Part shown: piece after piece, positions 1 to 11,971 of the stretch
How the letters are laid out: each line of letters begins with the position of its first letter
How positions within the stretch are numbered: position 1 is the stretch's first letter
Assembly (NCBI GenBank): GCA_048213135.1
Contig: PS015079.1
Location: 2,781 to 52,440 of the forward strand
DNA length: 49,660 nt
Direction of reading: 5' to 3'
Origin: Reclinomonas americana ATCC 50394
Lineage: Eukaryota
Notes under the pieces: generated by a model
Told to the model about the DNA's origin: nothing
Seen by the model: only the letters and a program-made list of their open reading frames with translations
The model's database searches: none
Program-made: the position numbers and the translations under genes

Positions 1-16
1 GTCGTCGTCGTCGTTG

Positions 17-17
<1 letters not shown>

Positions 18-65
<48 letters not shown>
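18..65. repeat. (GT)n microsatellite, probably intronic
   Basis: Direct reading: about 24 GT units preceded by GTC repeats, upstream of the TAG acceptor at 94-96. Confidence 0.95.
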
Positions 66-66
<1 letters not shown>

Positions 67-96
67 AAGAGACACTGATGCTTCCTTCTCTGTTAG

Positions 97-1147
97 TCCG
101 CCTGCTTATCTCGAGTTTCTGACGGCGCTTGGTCATCGCGATTGGGCGTTTGTGCTCTTCCACTCATCGCTGTTTCGTCTGCGCGTTTTCGTGCCGTTCT
201 CTTCGTGGTTTGGTGCTGATTTTGGTGGTGTTTGTGCCAAGGGTGGCACCGACGCGTCTGTTTTTGCGCTCTGAGTTTGACTCGCTGGCGAAGCTGTATC
301 CGCGTTGCCAGTTCATTGTGGTGAGAGAGAGAGAGAGAGAGAGTGTGTGTGTAGTGCTTGTTCTTATGCAGTGTGCGCTTGTGCAGGTCGACGTGCACGA
401 GTCTGAAGAGACGGTCTGCTGCTGCTTGTGATGTGCATTTTTCCTTCAATTTTCTGGTCTCATTCCATCATCATTGCGCGCTCTTTTTGTGACGAAAGAA
501 CCTCTGGGTCAAGGTGCGTTCTTCTTTGCTGTGTTGTGCTTGTGTGTGTGTGGCTCACTGTGGGCTCTTGTCGCAGGCCTTTGGTGTCTTTGACGTTGCG
601 CGCGTCATGATATGCTGTCATGTTTGTATGATCTTACCTTGTGCGCGTTGTAGGTTCCCGAGTTCCGCGTGTATCACCAGGTGAGCCGCCTTTCGTGTCG
701 CTACTATCCCTTACCTGACGGTGCACTCATTTGCTTCTTTGGTGCTGCAGACGACGCTCAAGCACGAGGTCTGTTGCTTCAATCGGTCGCTCACTAGCCC
801 GTTGACTGACTGTGCGCTTCGCAGCTCCTCGGCACTGACTGCTGCCTCGAGGTTCAACTCGATGCTTCCCTCCCCCTCCCTTCACCCCTTCTTCTTCTTC
901 CTCATCGCTGACTTTCCATCGACAGAACGTGCTGCGCATTCTGGAGGGTCTCCCGCCCGTGACTGTGAAGCTGCTGAGCTCGCCCGTCTCGTCGCCGTCA
1001 TCGTCGTCGTCGTCGTACGACGCCAGCCCGCTCTCGTACAGGTCGTCGTCGCCTGCAAGCCCCGTGTCGCCGCGCCCGTCGTCGCGCGTCACCGACTTTT
1101 ACTACTACCGCTCGCCGGCCCCGCAGCTTTGGACCTCGCCCGTGTAA
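97..1147 (+). CDS. Thioredoxin-fold protein lacking CxxC, with Ser/Pro-rich tail (5' end outside window)
   Basis: Exons 97-171, 242-320, 387-413, 499-513, 577-594, 654-680, 751-768, 825-851 and 926-1147 joined by GT-AG introns give ...WAFVLFHSSLVAPTRLFLRSEFDSLAKLYPRCQFIV-VDVHESEET-NLWVK-AFGVFD-VPEFRVYHQ-TTLKHE-LLGTDCCLE-NVLRILE. This follows the Trx pattern (VxF..W-CxxC...F..LA..YP...F..VDVD...FGV..VP.F) by eye. Confidence 0.72.
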
Positions 1148-1155
1148 TAAGAACC

Positions 1156-1287
1156 ATGTCGTGGCTCGACTTGCTCCTGTTCGTGGCGCTGGTGGTAGTT
1201 GTGTTGATGTTTGTGCGACTCGTGCGCACGTTTGTGGCGGCGTTGCGTGCCGGTGACGAAGACCGCGCGCCGCAGAAGCGCAAGTAG
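1156..1287 (+). CDS. Small 43-aa single-pass membrane ORF (separate microprotein or alternative last exon of the Trx-like gene)
   Basis: ACCATG at 1156 opens MSWLDLLLFVALVVVVLMFVRLVRTFVAALRAGDEDRAPQKRK*, with a clear hydrophobic helix and basic tail, 8 nt after the Trx-like stop. Confidence 0.45.
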   Translation: MSWLDLLLFVALVVVVLMFVRLVRTFVAALRAGDEDRAPQKRK

Positions 1288-1364
1288 CGAGTAAACAAAA
1301 CATATTTCTCCGTGTTGTACTCTCTCATTTTCTCCCGCTCTCGTTTTCTCCCTCTCTAAATACA

Positions 1365-4300
1365 CTACAAGCCCGACGAGTCCGACGTAAAGGACAGCGC
1401 GTGCGGGTGTCCCTCGACACCGCTGGGAATCGTGCGTGAGCTACTGGCGTCCAAATCGTCTTCCGCGCCGCTGCTGTGCGCCGCCTCCTCATCGTCGCCG
1501 CCGTCGTGTTCGTGTCGCAAGCCGCCGAGGTCGGCCAGCAAGTACGGAGCCGAGCGCGAGTACATCAGCATGGTCGTCCCGTGGTCTTCTGGGCTGCCGA
1601 AACTCATCCGCGACATGCCTCCCGCCGCGGCACCAGCAGCACCGCCAGCCGCCGCCATCCCTGCCTGTGCCGCGCCCGGTGGCTCACTCCTCGTCGGTCC
1701 CACATGCGACGATGGGGACACCTGCATCGGCGGCTCCTGCATGCGAGCGGCAATGGCCGGTGCCTCTGCATCGCAGAACACGCGGAAGCGGTTCAGCAGC
1801 GGCAAGAACTCGGTGGTGCTCGAGGCGACCAGCGGGTTGCGGAACCTGTGCCACGTTCTTAGTCGTATGCAACATCTCTTATCTACGCACAAACAGGCAC
1901 GAACCACAGCATGCTGTTGTCAGACAGCTGCACAATGGCCACGCCCGTGTGATGAATGAACCAGGTGCCGCCGCCGCCGGGGACGGGAATCGACTCGGGA
2001 TAGAACTGATTGAAGGAAAGAAACGCCAGCAGATCAGTCATCTCATGCCTGCATTTCTCCCCACCGCGCCTCTCATTCCTCACCTGGAACTGGTCGGTCA
2101 CCAACGCCCGCAACGCCACCAGCATGATTTCCGGCGAGTAATTCAGCGACGCGTAGTGATGCAGCGTGTCGAAAATGCGAACATCCTTCTCGTGCGGAAT
2201 CGGCAGCATGTTGAAGCCGTTGGTCTTGGCGCGGCGGCTGATAAACTGAACGTACTCGTCGACAGCGCTGCCGCACACCGACCAGTCGAACGACACAATG
2301 TAGCAGGCGTTCATCGGGTTGAACACGCTGTCGTAGCGCAGAATCTGGATGCACAGCTCTCAGTTAGCACACTGACACGGCACCGGCTGCTTTGTGAGAC
2401 GAACCAGCCATTCTTCACGCTCCGTGCGATATGTGGTAACCGACAACTTGACGCGCTTCTTCAAGTGATAGCCAAACGAGCGTTTCTTCTCCATCGACAC
2501 TGCATGACAGCGGGTGTGAGTTCACGCCCTTTTCCCCCCTTTCTCAAGACGACACAAACCATCGGCACTCCGCAGCAGCATCTCCCAGTCGACATCCATG
2601 TGCCGATCGTAGTTGATGGCAATCGGGTCCTGATCCGGAGCCGGCTTGACAGTGATCTTGGTGAAGGAGCCTTCAACACGCTTGAAGTTCTTTTCTCGCT
2701 TGTCGGCCAGCGCCTCAATTTCGGCGCGCGACATGGTGCCGCTGAGAACATCCACAAACTGCGCGACACAATGTGAACACGCCATCATGACTCTCTCTCT
2801 CTCTCTCTCNNNNNNNNNNNNNNNNNNNNNNNNNNNNNNNNNNNNNNNNNNNNNNNNNNNNNNNNNNNNNNNNNNNNNNNNNNNNNNNNNNNNNNNNNNN
2901 NNNNNNNNNNNNNNNNNNNNNNNNNNNNNNNNNNNNNNNNNNNNNNNNNNNNNNNNNNNNNNNNNNNNNNNNNNCCGTCACACGTCCACTTCGCACCTCG
3001 GTGGGGAGCATGACGTACTTGAGGCGGCGGTACTTGAGGGTGTCGGTGAAAAAGTCGTTGTTGCCGCTCACCAGCTGGTCCATGTAGTTCCAGTGATGCG
3101 ACAGATCCTCGCTCCGCCCAAACACCACCTCCTTCATGCAGAAACGATCTTCCTCCGAGGCCCACAGTCGGTAGCGGTATGGTCTCGGTGGTGGCAGTGG
3201 GTCGCGAATCAGATCGTAGCGCTGCGAGTGGGAGGGAGAGAGAAAATGAATGGCGGCGCCAGCTTTGATCTCCGTCCATACACGCGCGTTCACTAACTCA
3301 CCGTCACAGAAATGTCCTGCTTGTTGCTGTCGAGTGCAATCGTCTGGCAGTGCGGTCCCATGCTCAGGTGCACCTGCATCATCTCATTCGGCGACATTTT
3401 GTCTGTCAGGAACACCTGGTACCCTTGCTGCAAGCGTTGGCAGGCCAGCTCCAGCAGCAACGTGTATGGCTTCTCCTGGTACGGCGTCTCCACAGCGGTG
3501 AGCGCGTAACCGAAGCGAGTGTACTTTTCGTCGCTGTCGTGACACACGTGAGGAGGAAGAGATCTGGACAAGTACGGGTATGGGAAGGGGCACGCAACAG
3601 TTCACGCTTGTCCGGATGGAATTCCGTGGTCACTGGCAGCACAGCAGGCTGACTAAGCGACTTCCAGTTGGGCACGTACGACTCCAGCGCCGCTGCACCA
3701 ATGGACACACTTGTTTTTCAGCAAGCAAGCTCACCACGCTGTACATCAAGGACACAACTCACCGCGATCGAGGTACGGGAACAAGTGGCACCATCGACGA
3801 CGGCTGCTGGACGATCGGCGAGAGTGGGCATCGTCGAACTGGAACGGGTTGTATACCTCTTTGCCTTCTTCGCCCTGCTGCGTACGACAAGAAACTCAGT
3901 GGCGCGAACAGCGAGGCCGCCAAGCACAGCGCACGCAACAGACGGAGACACTGGAGTAAAGGGCATCGACTCAAACGTCACGGCTCCACCCTTGCGCGAG
4001 CACATGCTGGTGTCGGTGGTGTCCGCTGGAGAGACGACACTGTCAGTCCACATAGTTTTCTCAAGATCCATCGCAAGTGCGCTTGCCAAACCTTCCTCAT
4101 GCAACGGCGCTCCACCGACCAGCGGCGGAGTGTTCGGCGAGATTTGCACATAGTGCTCACTGGCGGTTCGCAGGCTCAGGCTGCGCAGACAGAACGACAC
4201 GGGGGGTTACGCATGGGCGGGAGACAAACTACGACAAGGAATCGCAACGTTCGTTGCACAATGACCGGCATCAGGGACGGTCCGCTCCGCAGCAGGCTCT

Positions 4301-7300
4301 GCACATGTGCGATTAGCATCATTGTGCACGAGACGGTGGTCGCTTCTTACACACCGTGGCGTTCATGCTGCCTCGATCGTCAACACTGCCGGTGAGCATT
4401 TCGGTCTCGGGAATGGGTGCGAGGATGTCGCCCGTCTGCGAGTGTGGAGCTGGACGTATCGAGTAAACATCGTAAGCGAGATGGAGATTGCATTGCTGGT
4501 GGAAGAAAATGACGCAACAGTTGCTCTCTGGTGGTGGTGTGGTGGTCGGGCTGCTTACTGCGCTGTGCGAGTGTGTGGAACCGGCAAGTGGTGGCCGTGA
4601 CGAGCCGGCATTGCGGCGACTGCCTTTTTTGGCACCCACAAAAGCTGCAACAACGAAACGGATGTGAGCAACGAGCAGCGTGCTTCCCTCTGTGCATGGA
4701 AGGTCACGCACGATTGACCACATTGGCAGTCACCGCAGCAATGCGGGTGTTGGAGAGTGCCGAGGTGGCGGACCGGCGCAGCGGATCGTCGTGCACTCCA
4801 CTGAAACTGAGTGGTGAGCCGGCAAGAGGCGACGAGCCCGGTGTTATGGAGGGGCGAATGGGAATGTGGTCACGCCGCGTGATGCTACTTCCGCCAGTGC
4901 TGTTGAATCGTGCATTGGCGGGCATCGCAGAGGCACTCGGCTGCAGCAACTGCGGCTGCCCGCTGACGGATCCACTCCGTCCGCGGCGCGCATCACGGTC
5001 GACCGACGAGCGGACAGGAGGCGGTGGCATGGCCGAGCCGTCCTCTGTCGAGTAGAACGGCCACGGCGCCGCACCATCCTCGTCCACTGCACCAGCATCC
5101 ATCGCATCGGGGGCCTCTGACGGCATTCCCGACTCACCCGCTCGCATCAGAGCGAGCGTCAGGCCGGAGAATTTGCGATCGTTGGCCGACCCTGAGCCGG
5201 TGGTTACCGAGCTGCCTGCGCCGCGCACACCACCTACATTGCCCGACGCCCAATCGCTGTGACCGTCGGGCTGCGTCAGACTCGAGTTGCTGGAGGAGTG
5301 CCGCAGAATACCACCCGTGCTGTGTGGCAAACAAATATCGTCAGCGGCAGGGAATGGGGAGGAAAGCAATTTTGCGGTCGCAACGTTCGCGGTGGACTGG
5401 CGCCGCCGGACGACCGGACGCGTGCGTTGCGCCCGTAGTTGCCAGAGCGATACAGCACGGGCGATATGCCTGCCCGCAAGCAAAGAGAGGTGAGAAAGCA
5501 TACATATAATAAGCTCGTCAAGGAAACAACACAACTCTGCTGCGGGGAAGGAACACTGGCGTTCCCAAACGCCTCCGGTCTGAACACAAAATCATCGTAC
5601 ATCTGGTGGTCCCACCGGCCGTCCTTCTTCAGAGTCTGTATGCGCGCGCGGTCGGTCAACAACAACAGAGTAATACTGCATGCACGTTGTTTCCTGTGCC
5701 GTCACTCACGTCGAGACCAACGAATGAAGGCAGCATGATGCTGTCGCCGGCACGCGGGGCACCAACACCGGCACCGGTGACGTCGTGCTCCGAAGCGTAC
5801 TCTGAGCGAAGCAGCGCGTGGGAGCTGTCACGAAGTGGTCCCGTAGAAGCGTGCACACACAGAGAAAACATGCACACCTCGAGCAGCAGGCATGCGGGCG
5901 CGCGGCACAAAGATATCCTGTAACCTCGCATCCAGCGGCAGCGGGTTGAACACGGTGGACGAGAAGAAGCAGATACGCATCCAGTGGGGCGTGTGGAACA
6001 CCGAGCCCTGCACACACGTCAAGTGAGTTCAAGCCTTTCCTGCCACTTGTAAAAAACAGAGAAGGAACCTCTCGATCACGACTGGCCGACGCCGACCTCG
6101 CCACCCGGCTGTCGCTGCTGCAATGCCAGAAGAGGGTAAGCTGCCAGCTCTCAAACAATGCACGAATGCCACAACAACAACATCAACAACAACAACTACG
6201 ACTCAACGGCGTTCTGGAGACCAATGACTCCGCGTCCGAGTACCGCAACAGCGGGACGGCATGCAGCGGGGCCTGCGAGATACACACGAGATCGCATCCA
6301 ATACCATTGTCGATCATGCGACGCTTGGTGCTCTGCGCCAGTAACCGATCCACATCGTACACGCCGACACCGGCGGTGACAATGACAATCGACTGGCCCG
6401 TGTGCGCCAGGTCTCGGTTGATGTAATGCTGTGTAGACACGTGTGCGTTAGCGCGCCGGCACACCTGCACCCTTTTCTGCTGAACCACTACGCACCCTTT
6501 CGAAAATGTCCAGCGTCAAGTTCAGTGCCTCGAGAAAGTTGCCCTTTTCGGCATTTGAATTCTCGCCAATGGTGGACGAGAACGGATCGTCTGGCAGCAG
6601 GTTGCAGAGTGAGTGACCAGCATGAGTGAAGAGAGACAGAGTATCGGAGAGCGGGCGCGTACCCTTCGATACATGCGGATCCCACCCAATCAGAGACGGA
6701 TACTGGTTGAACTCGTGCTTCAAGACGCGCCGCAGAGTGTCCCACTCGCGCACCACCTGCCGATCCACCACCACCTTGTAAAAGTCCTGATAGTGCCGCC
6801 CGTATGCATCCTCGGACAGCTCTGCGCGCTCTCCTTCCGGCATGTCCGCCACCCTGCACAGTTAATCATCAGCCCAATCGCTGACTCTCTCTCTCGCGGC
6901 GCAACACTCGCTCCAGCACGCAACGTCTCCTCGGAGAAGAATGAGCGCGACCAGAACACAATCGTCATGTGATGCGAGGCGGTCGACCGCGTCCACCGAT
7001 CGTGCACCTCTTTGAGGAAGCCATTCACCGCCTTCTCAAAATGCAGATCACCGTCGTCGGCATACTGCCACATTTCTCGGCTCATCTGGAACAGGAACAT
7101 GTAGTTGGCCGAGTGCGAGCGGAACGTGACCTTGGTGTGCGGCGTGATGAGGCCGCTCTCCACCACCGTGCCATCCATCATCAGCTCCTCCACTTGCGCC
7201 TGTACGGGCGTGAGTCTCACCACGCGGAGAGAGGCAATGGCAGCAGCCGACGCAACTCTCATACCGGCCCACACAAACAACTTGGTGCGATGCGTGCACT

Positions 7301-8432
7301 TGTTTCGCAAGTACAGCATGAAGCGCCACATGTCGGAGCGCGATATGAATTGCTCCTTGAACGAGAGCTCGATAAAGTCGAGACCGACAATCTCCGGATC
7401 GACCGCCCGCACCGTGACATTCTCCATGCGACCGCGCACACCAAACGCGTCGGCCACACTCTTGTGCACGCTGAGCTGGTTGATACCTGCACCGACGACA
7501 TCATGAACACACGCAAACACACAGCAAATGAGCTTCTGCCTGGTCACGCTCACCTCGAAATCGCTGCATCGTGGTGACCTGCAGCATCACCGACCGTCCA
7601 TTGGGGAACCCGAGCTCCACAATATTATGTAACCGCAGGTGTGGGAACACATCGGGGTTGATGAGCAACGAGTGCGTACTCAGATCCTCCGAGTGAATCA
7701 GCATTGTGACCGCCGTGCTGACTTCGCTCTCGGGTTTCGGCACCGCTGCACATAGATAGACAGACAGCGTCAATTACTTTCCTCCCACATCACCACCAGC
7801 TGTGCGGGAGCAGCGCAACGTCGTGGAGCCAGCAACGCCTGCTCCATGGTCGACTCGGCCTCCTCCTCCTTGTTCAACGCAGTCATATCCTGCAGGCACT
7901 CTCTCAGCGCGCGGCTCATCACCTGCACCCCATCACTGCACCAACGCAACAGGATGCGAGCCTCCAGCCATACCGCCCAATCCGAGACTCCCATTTGCTG
8001 CCGCCGAGGCCACTGCGCCCATGGACATGTTGCGACGCAGTCCAGTGCCTCCGCTGTTCGTCGACACTTGTGACCGCACGCGAGGCAGTGACACAGGCGC
8101 GGCATCGGGGTCCGGAGCGCCTCCAGTGTCGGGCTGCACAAACGCCAGTCGAGTTCGATGCGCCGCTGCATGCACATGATCACAATCATCATCATCTTCA
8201 TCATCATCACAATGCACTCGCACACACACGTGTGTGTGTGTGTGTGTGTGTTTACCGCGTGGTGGAGGCGGTGCTCGACTGTTGGCTGCGCGCAGTCTGC
8301 TGACTGTGTCAGCGTAGGAGCCCGAGCGTGCGACCGCCCTGCAGTGAGTGTGTGTGTGTGTGTGAGAGTGTGTGCGCAAGAAGTGTCCGTTTGTCGCTGT
8401 GCTCACCCTGCATCCTCCTTGTCCACGGACAT
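1365..8432 (-). CDS. DEPDC5: GATOR1 complex subunit DEPDC5/Iml1 (multi-exon)
   Basis: Spliced exons carry Iml1/SABA hallmarks FRSHSANYMFLFQMSREMWQYADDGDLHFEKAVNGFL, YQDFYKVVVD, GNFLEALNLTLD, HYINRDLAHTGQSIVIVTAGVGVYDVD and GIGCDLVCISQAPLHAVPLL. SHEN motifs NWKSLSQPAVLPVTTEFHP and HHWNYMDQLVSG and CTD motif EREEWLILRYDSVFNP...RRAKTNGFNMLPIP are also present. The start (MSVDKEDAG at 8432) is inferred; the alternative is an ATG near 8028. Confidence 0.92.
2810..2974. other. Assembly gap (N) within DEPDC5
   Basis: Run of N next to (CT)n. Confidence 1.
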
Positions 8433-8512
8433 GGAAGGAGAGCGCTCTGTGGAGGGACAGACGAGTGGAGCTTGATCGGGGACAACACTTCGGGAGGACT
8501 TCTTTTTGATGT

Positions 8513-10420
8513 TTACTTGTCGCTGTAGACCTTGCAGGAGAGTTGGCGGAGCATGTCCTCGGCGACAGCCTCGTCTGTGTGTGTGAGATGTTGTGTGAGT
8601 TTGTACAGCGCAACATTCGCCGCGTGCTTCTTCTTCTCGATCTCACCGGGAATGTTAGCCAGCAGACCGTACGCTCCCGCCGAGCCCTTCTTCATGGCGG
8701 CGGCCGGATCGCGCTTCACGGCCTCCACCGAGTCGCGCAAATCGCGGCCGAACTCCTGCACTCGGCTGGCGTGCGGTGGGGTGACGGTGCAGTGCAGCGA
8801 GTCGGGCTTCTGCTGCCGCTCCATGGTCCACCCGCGCGTCTCCATCTCGTCGGCCACGCAGAGAATGTTGAGGCGGGATTCCGGAGTCGAGGTGAAGGAG
8901 AAGACGGTGAGGTGCGGCTTGCCGAGGATGCGCAGCTCGGGGATCCGGCGCACTTCGTCCATCATGCTGTCGGCCGTCTTCTTGACGCGATCGGCCAGCG
9001 CCATGTAGCCCTCCTCGCCGAGTGAGACCATGGTGGCCCAGGCGCATGCGATGCCGGGGCCGCCGCGGGTGCCCACCAGCGTGCTGGACAGGAACAGACC
9101 GCCGGGCCAGTTGGCGTACACAAAGAACTGATATTGGCGGTACTCGTCGGAACGGTAGAGGATGCACGAGGCACCCTTGGCGGCGTAGCCGTACTGCGCC
9201 CCGCACAAATGATAAACGCACGAGTGAGTGGGGGATAGTAAACAGGCTTCGCCACATCCACATCGCAGCACCTTGTGTGCGTCGAGTGACACCGAGGTGA
9301 CGGCCGGCACGCGGAAATCCCACAGCGGAATGTCGTAGCCGAGCTTCTCCAGCCATGGCAGCACAAAGCCGCCGACGCAAGCATCAACATGCAGCGGCAG
9401 ACGATGTTCCTCGCACAGCTTGCCGAGCTCCTCAATCGGATCAATGACGCCGTGTGGGTATTGCGGCGCCGACCCAATCACCAGAATCGTGTTGCGGTTG
9501 ATGGCCCGACGCACGTCGTCGATGCGTGGCTGGCATGTCGTCGGATCAATGGGCACATACACGGTCTACAAGCCCTCCAGCCAGTCAGCCACGTACACGC
9601 AAAAAGCAAGAGACACACAGTGAAGAAGTGACCTTGATGTTGAAGTTGTGTGCGGCCTTCTCGATGGCCGGATGCGCAGTGATGGACATGACGATCTCTG
9701 GCTCAACAATGTGCGGCGCCGTGTCACGCGCGCGATCCCTGTACGCCTTGATCGCCATGGCCAGACTCTCACTGCCGCCAGTGGTCATCACACCGCACGT
9801 ATCCGCATCGCCATGCAGCATCGTACACGCCATGCGCACGACCTCCGTCTCCATCTTGCGCAGGCTCTTGAACACCATGGGATTGAGTGCATTCGAGTGC
9901 TGATACATGGCCGTCACCTCGTTGTGCAGGTGCGTATGCTCCTCCGACACCACATACGTGTACGCAAACGTGCGCCCGCACGAGGCATCCTTATCACACT
10001 CGCGCATCGTATTGATCTTGCCCAGCACCGCCTGCGCAGACGACGACTGTCGCGGCACTGCACGAAGCCGCTCCAGCTTGGCAATCTGCGCAAAGGTCGA
10101 CTCGACCATTTTCTCCGCTGCATGCAATCAGTCACACGATCACGCACGCACGATCATGCTGTCACACAAGCGCAAACCTTCAGAGCCGAGCTGTGCATTG
10201 ATCGCGTTTCCGGCAAACGGGATGGCACGCACAAAGCGCACAAGGAACTTGCCAATGGTCGCACGCGGACCTGTGTGTGTGTGTGGTACTCAGACAATGC
10301 ACACACTCTCACTCTCTTTCTCTCTCGCGGTCTCGTCGTACCTTTGGTGTACACTTGCTTGATGGCCCACAGCACAAGCGCGGCCACAATCGCGTGCTCA
10401 ATCCACAGAAGAGCGCTCAT
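8513..10420 (-). CDS. SGPL1: Sphingosine-1-phosphate lyase (PLP-dependent)
   Basis: N-terminal TM (MSALLWIEHAIVAALVLWAIK), SNALNPMVFKSLRKMETEVVRM, GVMTTGGSESLAMAIKAYRD, AHPAIEKAAH, GSAPQYPHGVIDPIEEL, LHVDACVGGF, PLP-lysine motif SVSLDAHK|YGYAAKG, and WPGGLFLSSTLVGTRGG. Five GT-AG introns restore frame. Confidence 0.96.
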
Positions 10421-10444
10421 TGGAAAGAGAGAGAAGAAGAAGGA

Positions 10445-10617
10445 NNNNNNNNNNNNNNNNNNNNNNNNNNNNNNNNNNNNNNNNNNNNNNNNNNNNNNNN
10501 NNNNNNNNNNNNNNNNNNNNNNNNNNNNNNNNNNNNNNNNNNNNNNNNNNNNNNNNNNNNNNNNNNNNNNNNNNNNNNNNNNNNNNNNNNNNNNNNNNNN
10601 NNNNNNNNNNNNNNNNN
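10445..10617. other. Assembly gap (N) in the divergent SGPL1/WD40 intergenic region
   Basis: Run of N. Confidence 1.
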
Positions 10618-10670
10618 CAAGAAGAGAGACTGCTCAATCAACTGATCTTCCCCCACTTAACTCTTCCACG

Positions 10671-11971
10671 ATGAGAACAGCAACAGTGAAGGCGATTGCG
10701 GCCGCGCACAACCCGCATGTGCAAGTGAGTCTGGGGGAGCCTAGCGTGAACGGTGTGTGCTCCATGGCAGTGTGCGACACGTGGGTCGCGATAGGTGCTG
10801 GCGATCGCACAGTGTATCTCATAGAGGAGAAGGAGGAGGAGGAGGAGACGCGCACAGTTCATGAGTTGCAAGCGCACCTCAACCCCGTGACAGCCCTGCT
10901 GTTTCTGCGTGGTGGAACGCTCTTGTGCAGCGCGGATGGCATGCAGTACAGGTATGGGCGACAGGTGCCTGGACAGGTGATTATGTGGGAGGTGGCGACT
11001 CGGCGTGTGGTGTGGCAGCGGGAGGGGCACACGCGACTGGTGTCGAGTATGGTGGCGTCGAGAGACGGGCAGTTGCTGTTCACGAGCGCCCACACCGAGG
11101 CGGTACGCATGTGGCGTGCGGATGATGGGCAGTGTTTGAATGTATTTCCGGAGTCGACGGCGGCCGCGCCTCTGAGGGTGCTGGAGAACGGGGATCGACA
11201 GGTGCTGCTGGTGATGCGGGCGTCGGACGTGGAGTGGTGGGATACGCAGACGCTGCAGTCGTGGCAGTCGCCACCCATGCAGTACTCGCTGACATGCGCT
11301 GCGTGCTCGCCCGACGAGACTCTGCTGGTGACCGGTCACCCCACCGGTCACTTGTTTGTGTGGGCGTTGCTGGAGAGCGACGTACGCCTGCTGGCGTCTA
11401 CCAGTCAGCACGAGCTGGGCGTCGCGGATGTGGCGTTCACGAACGACAGCGCCTTCTTTGTCAGCTCGTCCTTTGGTGAGTGCGGGGTGAGGGAAGCCTG
11501 CTCTGCCGCTTTGCGTTGACGAGTGAACGCTTGCGCGCAGATGGATCCATCCGCGTGTGGCACGCCAGAAGCGCCACACTAGTGGGCACGTTGCGGGTCG
11601 TCGCGTGGACGTACCATCGCACGATGTTTGTGATGAAGCCCGGGTCGCCGTCGTCGCTGTATTCGTACAAGGAGACGACCGACGTCGCCGGCTCTTTCTT
11701 CACGTGGCCAACAGGTACGCAACGGCGACGCGGTACTGGGTAGTTGCCATAGCGTTAACATCGACTGGCAGGTCCATGGAGTGCACTGCGCCTGCTGAAT
11801 CGCGAACTGGCCTGCATACGTCAAGCTCTCGAAGCTCTCACCGAATTGCACGATCGCGAAGACGACGATGTCGACGAGGGAGAACCACTCCCGCTGCGAG
11901 TCCTTCGCTGCTTCATCTGCGAGGATGCCCAGTCGCTGTGCTTTTTGTGTTCCGTGCAAAGTCGACAGTGA
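10671..11971 (+). CDS. WD40-repeat protein
   Basis: Repeated WD-type units: AHLNPVTALLF...LCSADG..VIMWE, GHTRLVSSMVASRDGQLLFTS...VRMWR, TCAACSPDETLLVTG...LFVW, and QHELGVADVAFTNDSAFFVSSSF|DGSIRVW. Two GT-AG introns (about 11476-11540 and 11715-11771). The 5' end abuts an N gap. Confidence 0.85.

Noticed and set aside
1432-2776. Long + strand ORFs (175 and 446 aa) and similar antisense ORFs elsewhere
   Set aside because: They are shadows of DEPDC5 and other GC-rich coding exons on the opposite strand, with no motifs of their own.
1365-10420. Functional cluster of DEPDC5 (TORC1) with S1P lyase
   Set aside because: Adjacency alone in a compact genome is not evidence, and synteny cannot be tested here.
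9648-11519. 623-aa ORF suggesting a long N-terminal extension of the WD40 protein
   Set aside because: It runs antisense to SGPL1 and through an N gap; only the part from 10671 looks real.
11905-11955. CFIC...CFLC at the WD40 C-terminus as a zinc finger
   Set aside because: Only two CxxC pairs in a terminal exon of uncertain frame support; too little to call.
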